Assembly (NCBI GenBank): GCA_041641295.1
Contig: JBEPYO010000001.1
Span: 1,120,001 to 1,184,000, forward strand
DNA length: 64,000 nucleotides
Origin: Nitrososphaerota archaeon
Lineage (GTDB): Archaea > Thermoproteota > Nitrososphaeria_A > Caldarchaeales > Calditenuaceae
Direction of reading: 5' to 3'
A model generated the notes under the pieces. That model ran no database searches. It was not told the DNA's origin and saw nothing but the letters and a program-made list of their open reading frames with translations. Position numbers and translations under genes: made by a program. Shown here one piece after another: positions 57,922 to 64,000 of this stretch. How positions within the stretch are numbered: position 1 is the stretch's first letter; the number at the start of each line of letters is the position of its first letter.

Positions 57922-58689
57922 TTGAGTGGTGCTGTAGCGTCCTATTTCTTCGAGAAGAAGAAGGTTGAGCAGGGGTCGCCGATAGTGGAGGGTCTTCCTG
58001 AGGTAGGTCTGGTCGGCACGATTGTGACCTCCTATATCGCTTCGACGTTGAAGGGTGAGGCCGTGGGTCATATTGAGATTCCTGAGCTTCCACCCATCGT
58101 GACTGTGTGGGAGTCTAGGATTATGGAGCCATGCAGGCTGTATAGGGTATCGCTGGAGGCGCGGCAGCTGCTACTGCTCTACTCCGATGTGCCTGTGCCG
58201 CCGAAGGGCATGTGGGGTATGGCTAACTCCATCGTCGAGATTGCTTCCATGATTAAGTCGCCAATTATATCGGTTGGTGGGATTCCGGAGCCTGATAGGC
58301 TGGATATTGAGAAGCCGAAGGTCTATGTCCTCTCTAACGATGAGGAGTTGATGAGGATGGCCATGGCTACTGATTATGTACAGAAGTTTGAGAACGGCTA
58401 CCTAACAGGCGTTAAGGCAGCGATTCTGAAGAGTGCGGCTAAGAGGGATGTGAAGGTTCTCCTCGCACTTGTTCAGAGCCACATGAACTACCCCGACCCC
58501 GGCGCAGCCGCCGAAGTTATAACATTCCTAAACAAGCTGCTAGGCTCGAAGATCCCGGTAGACACTCTCCTAGAGCAGGCTGAGCAGCTGAAGATGCAGA
58601 TGAGGGACCTGATGCGCAGGACCAGCGCAAACCTCGCGAGGATGCCTGTGGGGCTCCAGCTCGAGTCGCCTCCCGGATACATCAGGTGA
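57922..58689 (+). CDS. PAC2-family proteasome assembly chaperone
   Basis: EGLPEVGLVG, SVGG, YPDPGAA, C-terminal YIR. Confidence 0.85.
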   Translation: MSGAVASYFFEKKKVEQGSPIVEGLPEVGLVGTIVTSYIASTLKGEAVGHIEIPELPPIVTVWESRIMEPCRLYRVSLEARQLLLLYSDVPVPPKGMWGMANSIVEIASMIKSPIISVGGIPEPDRLDIEKPKVYVLSNDEELMRMAMATDYVQKFENGYLTGVKAAILKSAAKRDVKVLLALVQSHMNYPDPGAAAEVITFLNKLLGSKIPVDTLLEQAEQLKMQMRDLMRRTSANLARMPVGLQLESPPGYIR

Positions 58690-58695
58690 TGGGGG

Positions 58696-59115
58696 ATGTA
58701 CCGGCGTAGGAGGAGCATCTTCGACATTATGAGGGAGATGGAGGAGGAGTTTGAGGAGGAGATTGAGAGTATGCTGGCGCGGCTGAAGGAGTTGGAGCTT
58801 TCAAGCCGATGTCTCGAGCCGTTCTACGAATTTCTCGAGGGGCCTGAGGAGTATGTCCTGAGGGTGGATATGCCGGGCGCCGATAGGGGCAAGATGGAGA
58901 TAAGGGCGAGTGGAAGGCTCCTGAGAATCTACGCCCCCTGCAACTACGCAGTCCCATACAGAGAGGGGGTTAGGACATGCGCCACATGCTACAGGCTAGA
59001 GGTTGAGCTTCCGGGAGATGCCTCGTGGGAGGATGCGAGGCAGAGGTTCAGGGAGGGTGTTCTAGAGCTGCGGATTCCGAGGAAGGTCCGTGAATATCGC
59101 ATAAAGATAGAATAG
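58696..59115 (+). CDS. Hsp20/alpha-crystallin small heat-shock protein
   Basis: VDMPG, EGVLELRIP, IKIE tail. Confidence 0.85.
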   Translation: MYRRRRSIFDIMREMEEEFEEEIESMLARLKELELSSRCLEPFYEFLEGPEEYVLRVDMPGADRGKMEIRASGRLLRIYAPCNYAVPYREGVRTCATCYRLEVELPGDASWEDARQRFREGVLELRIPRKVREYRIKIE

Positions 59116-59127
59116 CAGTCTTCCTCC

Positions 59128-59769
59128 TCAGATATGCTCGAGGCCGAGTGTGGCTAGGGCTGCGGCCACGGCTCCATTCTCTGCGTCGTGAAGATTTTCT
59201 GCGCCTGATACTATTATGGCGTCGCCTTCCTCAGGCTTCATCTCCTCCAGTATCTTGCTGGCGAAGTCGGGGTGCTCGGCTGTCACATCGCTTATACCCG
59301 GCATGAGCAGCCTATCCGAATGATAGACAAGGGTCATAGCCCCTTTCGCTCCTGCCCTGATGGCTGCATCACGCTGCTCCAGCCCCCTCCTCACAAGGTC
59401 GGCCGCGCCTCTAACGACTATCCCCACGCTGAATGGATAAGGCCAGGTATTTCGAATGTCGAGGACCCGGGGCCTTCCTATCTTGGTTATTAGCTCGGAG
59501 TATAGTGCCTTGGCCGTCCCAGTGAGAAAGCATCCCGCCTTATCAGTCTCTATTAACCCCTCGGCCTTCAGCCGTGAGAGGAGAGTCCGGGTAACCCCTT
59601 CCCCTAAACCGAGAGCCTCAGCCAGTCTCTTCCTCCCTATCCCAGGGCTGTCTGCAATCAGGTAGATGGCCCTCACGACGTGGAAGTGGCTAAAGCCGGG
59701 TGGTGGCCCCGGCTGGCCCTGCCCCGACGCCCTCCTGATGACCTCCAACACCCGCAACGAGCTCTGCAC
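59128..59769 (-). CDS. Winged-HTH protein, DUF4443-like
   Basis: IGRKRLAEALGLGEG HTH, GLEQRDAAIRAGA. Confidence 0.7.
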   Translation of the reverse strand: MQSSLRVLEVIRRASGQGQPGPPPGFSHFHVVRAIYLIADSPGIGRKRLAEALGLGEGVTRTLLSRLKAEGLIETDKAGCFLTGTAKALYSELITKIGRPRVLDIRNTWPYPFSVGIVVRGAADLVRRGLEQRDAAIRAGAKGAMTLVYHSDRLLMPGISDVTAEHPDFASKILEEMKPEEGDAIIVSGAENLHDAENGAVAAALATLGLEHI

Positions 59770-59837
59770 GAATCAGCATCTACCCGAAATAAATATTTGT
59801 GAACTAGTTATATCACTTCCCTCTAACAGATTATTGC

Positions 59838-60590
59838 TTGCGATTGCCTGGCAGGGAAGGTAGCGGTGGCCTTGGTGAGGACTGGGCGGATGTGGTTAGG
59901 GCCATAGAGGCCTTGGGTCCGAGATACCCCACCGTGAACCGGGTAATCTCACTGGGGCTGGACAGGGCTATCAGGGTTCTCGGAATAAGAATGTCTGGAG
60001 TGGATGGTGGAGTAGTGCTGGATGCGGGGGCTGGTGATGGCTCCCTCTCAGTACTCATACAGGAGACACTCGGGGATCGGCGATTCTTCTTAGTGATGCT
60101 CGACCCCTCAGAGAAGATGGTCAGACTGGCAGTGGAGAGAGTGAAGCGGCACAACTCCGATGCCGTGATCGGTGTCCTAGAGTATGCCCCGTTCAGGCAG
60201 TCCTCGGTAGGGTCAACCTTCATGGCCTTCGCCCTCAGAGACGTATTCAACCTGCCCTACTCCCTCGAGAGGCTTGCCTCCATACTGAGACCCGGCGGAG
60301 TATTCACTGTGATCGACCTCGCCAAGCCAGACGGATCCTTCACCAGAGCAGTGCTGAGCCTGTATTGGCGGATAGTGGCCCCATTCCTCGTGGCCTCCGC
60401 TTTCCTGAATCTGTGGAGGGAGATTCGCATGATATATCCAACCTACCTCCTTCTGCCTACGGAGTCTGAGCTGATTAGGAGGCTGGCCAGATACTTCAGG
60501 TTGGTCAAGGTGCGGAGGATGCTTCTGGGGGGCGTTCACATACTTGTGCTTAGGCGGTGGGATGCTCAGGGGAAGGGAATAGGGATATAG
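59838..60590 (+). CDS. Class I SAM-dependent methyltransferase (UbiE/MenG-like)
   Basis: NRVISLG.D, VLDAGAGDG, FALRD, LRPGG. Confidence 0.8.
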   Translation: MRLPGREGSGGLGEDWADVVRAIEALGPRYPTVNRVISLGLDRAIRVLGIRMSGVDGGVVLDAGAGDGSLSVLIQETLGDRRFFLVMLDPSEKMVRLAVERVKRHNSDAVIGVLEYAPFRQSSVGSTFMAFALRDVFNLPYSLERLASILRPGGVFTVIDLAKPDGSFTRAVLSLYWRIVAPFLVASAFLNLWREIRMIYPTYLLLPTESELIRRLARYFRLVKVRRMLLGGVHILVLRRWDAQGKGIGI

Positions 60591-60621
60591 CCGACTATGG
60601 GGCAGGGCTTGACAGGGAAAC

Positions 60622-63600
60622 TTGAAAGAGACGGGGCAGATCTTACGGGAGTTAGGGTACGATTATTATACCCTGGTTGAGGAGCCGGTTAGGCCTGAGC
60701 TAACGGATGTAACGTTCTCCCAGCTCATCCCCCGCCTCAGTTCCTCCGGACTCGAGATCGCAGATAAGAGGCTTTACAGACACCAGCTCGAGGCCTACAA
60801 CGCGCTTACCGCAGGGAAGAACCTGATACTCCGCTCAGGGACTGGTTCTGGGAAGACCGAGGCATGGTTCGCGTACGCCGCCAGCCAGGGCGCGAGGGTC
60901 TTGGCAGTCTATCCGACCCTCGCCCTCTCCAACGACCAGGTCAACCGTCTGAAGACCTACTGTGAGGCCTTGGACATGAAAGTGTCCATCATCGACGCGC
61001 CCACCCGGAGTAAGCTAGCCCAGAGCGTAGGTGCTAGAGGGTTGAGACGTGAGCTGGCATCCTCAAACATAGTAGTCACCAATCCAGCCTATCTGTTGTT
61101 AGAGATCAAGAAGCTGGGGAGTGAGAGGCCTCCCCTTCTGAGGGAGTTTCTCTCCAACCTAGACCTGCTCGTTCTGGACGATATCGACTTCTACTCGCCC
61201 CGCAGCATCGCAATCCTCCTGGCTATGTGCAAGATATTGAGGGAGAGGGCATCACCCCGCCTCAGATTCGCCGTCTTAACGGCGATGCTTGAGAACCCAG
61301 AGGAGCTGGCGGGATTCCTCCAGTCCATAACTGGGGTAGAGGTGGCGGTCGTGGATGGCAAACCCTTCCACCCGAGGAACACGTGCTACGTAGTGCTGGG
61401 TCGAAACCTCCGCACTGTCTGGAACCGCCTCAGGGAGAGGAGGGATGATATACTGCGAATCGGGGCCGGGAGAGACATTGCCGCCGCCCTTGAGAGTTAT
61501 GACGAATTCCTCAAGAATGTTTACAAGGTTATTGAGGCGGCGCGAGCCGCAGGCCTCGACCTGGCCGGCCTGAACCCGCATCCCGACCCAGCAGAGCTAA
61601 TCGCGAAGTATGCCGATGACGACGGATTGACCATAGTTTTCACCCAGAGCATAGCTAGGGCGGAGGAGCTGAGAAGGCGGGTGGCCTCGGAGGTTGGAGA
61701 AGCCTCGGTAGCAGCACACCACCATCTAATTGACAAGGAGACAAGGCGGGCAATGGAGGAGAGGGCTAGGACTGGCGCCCTGAGGCTTCTCATCTCACCC
61801 AGAACCCTGTCCCAGGGAATCGATATCGGAGATGTTGTCAGGATAGTGCATGTAGGCTTGCCCGATAGTCTCAGAGAGTTCTTACAGAAGGAGGGTAGGA
61901 AGGGTCGGAGGGAAGGTATTGAATGGACTGAATCAGTAATAATTCCCAGCTCGTCTTGGGACTATAACCTCCTCAAGAGAGGTACAAGTGCGCTGGTCAA
62001 GTGGATCTCGATAGGCCGAGAACGCGTCGTCGTCAATCCCGACAATAAGTACATAATGCTTGTGGAAGCTCTCTTCAAGGCTACACGGCCCGGCGGCGTA
62101 AGAACCCTCACGCCAGAGGAGTCAAAGCTGCTCACAAGCCTTGGGATGCTCCGGGAATATGCCCTGACTGGTGTTGGGAAGAGAGCTTGGATGAAGCTGA
62201 ACTTCTACGAGTTCGCACCGAGCCTGGGTGTTAAGAGGATTAGGCGGAGGAGAGACGGCTCAGAACACTACCTAGAGGATATATCGCATGTGGACTTGGT
62301 TGAGAGGTTCCAGGTCGGCTGCATAGACTACACGTCAGACGGCATGGTCACAAGACATGCGCGGAGCACCGAGGCCGGCAGGCTTGTCACCTCGGTGATC
62401 GTCGAGGACATCTCGGAGCAGGTTCTCAGGAGGTATGAGCCGTTTGCGCTGGCGCTTGAAGAGTATGAGGCCGTTAAGAGGAGGTGGGGGGAGGAGTCTT
62501 CAATCGCTTCAGACTACTACGCTGGGCGTCTCCATACAGAGGTGGACTGTCTCGTGAAGCCTCCGGAGGGCTTCGGGCTCTATGTTAAACTACCCAACCA
62601 CATAAACTGGATACTCAGGAGCACAAAACTAGACGTCTTCGTCGTGGATGGGAGGACGATAGTGTCGCCTAGGCGCCGAGTCATCCCGGTCCCAACACCC
62701 ACTGACGGAGTCTACACAGACTACACCTATGGCACACTGGTTGAGGCGGATCCGACTGACGACCCCTCGATGCTGAGGCTCGGAATGGCGCTAACCGAGA
62801 TAGTGATGAGGAGAAAGCTGGGAATACCGTTTGAGACGATAAAGTATGACGTGATAGTTGTTGGCGACCGAAAGTTTGTCTCGATCCACGAGCCCGAGTC
62901 TGCGGGGCTTCTAGAGAAGCTTGACTGGCTGGAGCTTAGGAGGCTGGTCGAAGAGTATGTCCCAGACGAGTTGGACGAGTGTCTGTTAGAGGCCATCAAT
63001 GAGATGGCATACGCCGCCCTCATGAGCAGGGGCTTTGACTGGGCGCCAGCCAAACACTATGCCGCAAAGATCCTCGACAGACTTGTCCTAAGGGAGAGGC
63101 TCAGGCTCCAGCTCCCAATAGGCGAGGTCTCTGTGCCAAGGCCCAGCAGAGCCCTCAAAAAATGTGTCATCTCAGGAAACTACTTTGCCCTAGATAACTC
63201 CTCATCATTCCTAGTCTACTGCATCAGCGTCTTTGACGGCGAGTCTGTCAAAGGATCTGCAGGGCTCAAGACACCTGAGGGCCCTGACAACGCCTACATC
63301 GAGGCCTCCTCCATAATCTCAGGCCTCCTCGACGCTGGCTTCAGTCTACTAGTCTACGACTCGCAAGAGCTCCTAGGCATGCTCGACCGGCTGGGCATGC
63401 GCTCTCTAAAAGCTAAGCTGATGGGAGCTGCTGCCTTAGGGCTGGTTGATGATGTCTTGGAAAGGTTTGCGAAGGTCATGGGGGAGAGGCTCCCGCTCAC
63501 CGAGGCCTGCAGGATTCTCGGACTCGAGACGGCTGCCCAGCCCATAGAAGTCGCGGCTACAGCCTCGAAGACGGATGCAAAACCCTCAAACCCCTACTGG

Positions 63601-63759
63601 CTCAGGGAAGCGCTTGAAAGGATTGGGCCTGAGATCGAGAGGGCGACTGGCGATGAGGCTCGCTCAATCTATATGATGGGGCTGGTACTCGAATGGCTTG
63701 AAAGAGGAGTTAGGAGTGTTCGGGCTTCTGGAGAGTCATTCCAGAAAGGGCATCCATGA
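60622..63759 (+). CDS. SF2 DEAD/DEAH-type helicase (Hrq1/MrfA-like) with long C-terminal extension
   Basis: LYRHQ, GTGSGKT, YPTLAL, LDDID, LTA, GIDIG, QKEGRKGR. Confidence 0.8.
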   Translation: MKETGQILRELGYDYYTLVEEPVRPELTDVTFSQLIPRLSSSGLEIADKRLYRHQLEAYNALTAGKNLILRSGTGSGKTEAWFAYAASQGARVLAVYPTLALSNDQVNRLKTYCEALDMKVSIIDAPTRSKLAQSVGARGLRRELASSNIVVTNPAYLLLEIKKLGSERPPLLREFLSNLDLLVLDDIDFYSPRSIAILLAMCKILRERASPRLRFAVLTAMLENPEELAGFLQSITGVEVAVVDGKPFHPRNTCYVVLGRNLRTVWNRLRERRDDILRIGAGRDIAAALESYDEFLKNVYKVIEAARAAGLDLAGLNPHPDPAELIAKYADDDGLTIVFTQSIARAEELRRRVASEVGEASVAAHHHLIDKETRRAMEERARTGALRLLISPRTLSQGIDIGDVVRIVHVGLPDSLREFLQKEGRKGRREGIEWTESVIIPSSSWDYNLLKRGTSALVKWISIGRERVVVNPDNKYIMLVEALFKATRPGGVRTLTPEESKLLTSLGMLREYALTGVGKRAWMKLNFYEFAPSLGVKRIRRRRDGSEHYLEDISHVDLVERFQVGCIDYTSDGMVTRHARSTEAGRLVTSVIVEDISEQVLRRYEPFALALEEYEAVKRRWGEESSIASDYYAGRLHTEVDCLVKPPEGFGLYVKLPNHINWILRSTKLDVFVVDGRTIVSPRRRVIPVPTPTDGVYTDYTYGTLVEADPTDDPSMLRLGMALTEIVMRRKLGIPFETIKYDVIVVGDRKFVSIHEPESAGLLEKLDWLELRRLVEEYVPDELDECLLEAINEMAYAALMSRGFDWAPAKHYAAKILDRLVLRERLRLQLPIGEVSVPRPSRALKKCVISGNYFALDNSSSFLVYCISVFDGESVKGSAGLKTPEGPDNAYIEASSIISGLLDAGFSLLVYDSQELLGMLDRLGMRSLKAKLMGAAALGLVDDVLERFAKVMGERLPLTEACRILGLETAAQPIEVAATASKTDAKPSNPYWLREALERIGPEIERATGDEARSIYMMGLVLEWLERGVRSVRASGESFQKGHP

Positions 63760-64000
63760 CGCTGGCTATGTAGCTATCAACCCTCTCAGAGGTGATGCCT
63801 GTGCGCTTCAGCTCCTCCTTTATGTACCGTTCAACAAGCCTATAGTTCTTGAAGAGCTCGTTTATGCTCCTCCACTTCACGTCTTTTAGGGCCTTGCCTA
63901 TCTCCTCGTCGTAGGGGAGCAGGCCTTTAACCATCATGAAGGCTAGGATGGGGTAGCCTATGTAGTTCCTGAACCTTGTCCCGTTGTCGTCGGAGTCCGC
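63710..64000 (-). CDS. Conserved hypothetical protein, 5' end outside the window
   Basis: Frame open to the window edge: ADSDDNGTRFRNYIGYPILAFMMVKGLLPYD...INELFKNY. Confidence 0.6.
   Translation of the reverse strand, partial: ADSDDNGTRFRNYIGYPILAFMMVKGLLPYDEEIGKALKDVKWRSINELFKNYRLVERYIKEELKRTGITSERVDSYIASVMDALSGMTLQKPEHS

Overview
Archaeal chromosome segment, gene-dense. Arcadin-1, aIF5B, eS6, BHB-type tRNA intron and TATA-driven leaderless starts suggest a thermophilic Thermoproteota/Caldarchaeales-like organism (inference). It carries housekeeping genes (gltX, ychF-like ATPase, infB, rps6e, AlaX, gcvH, PAC2, Hsp20), a ~2420-aa S-layer-like surface protein, two ABC transporters, a 2-oxoacid:ferredoxin oxidoreductase operon divergent from an ADP-forming acyl-CoA synthetase, GH38 and GH172 glycosidases and three tRNAs. 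Best candidate for an undescribed system: a low-GC cassette (15563-16530) encoding a compact IS110/Tas-like RuvC + coiled-coil + Nop-type protein that lacks the IS110 catalytic SG serine, followed by a ~180-nt rod-like, G.U-rich structured RNA overlapping its 3' end. Other notable items are a heme-copper oxidase pair lacking CuA cysteines with an Asp for the first metal-ligand His (gNOR-like), a Tat flavoprotein + DOMON-cytochrome b redox module, an amber-interrupted HTH-LAGLIDADG gene beside tRNA-Arg, and a GT4 gene frameshifted in a T7 tract. All family calls are from motif recognition by eye; no database searches were run.
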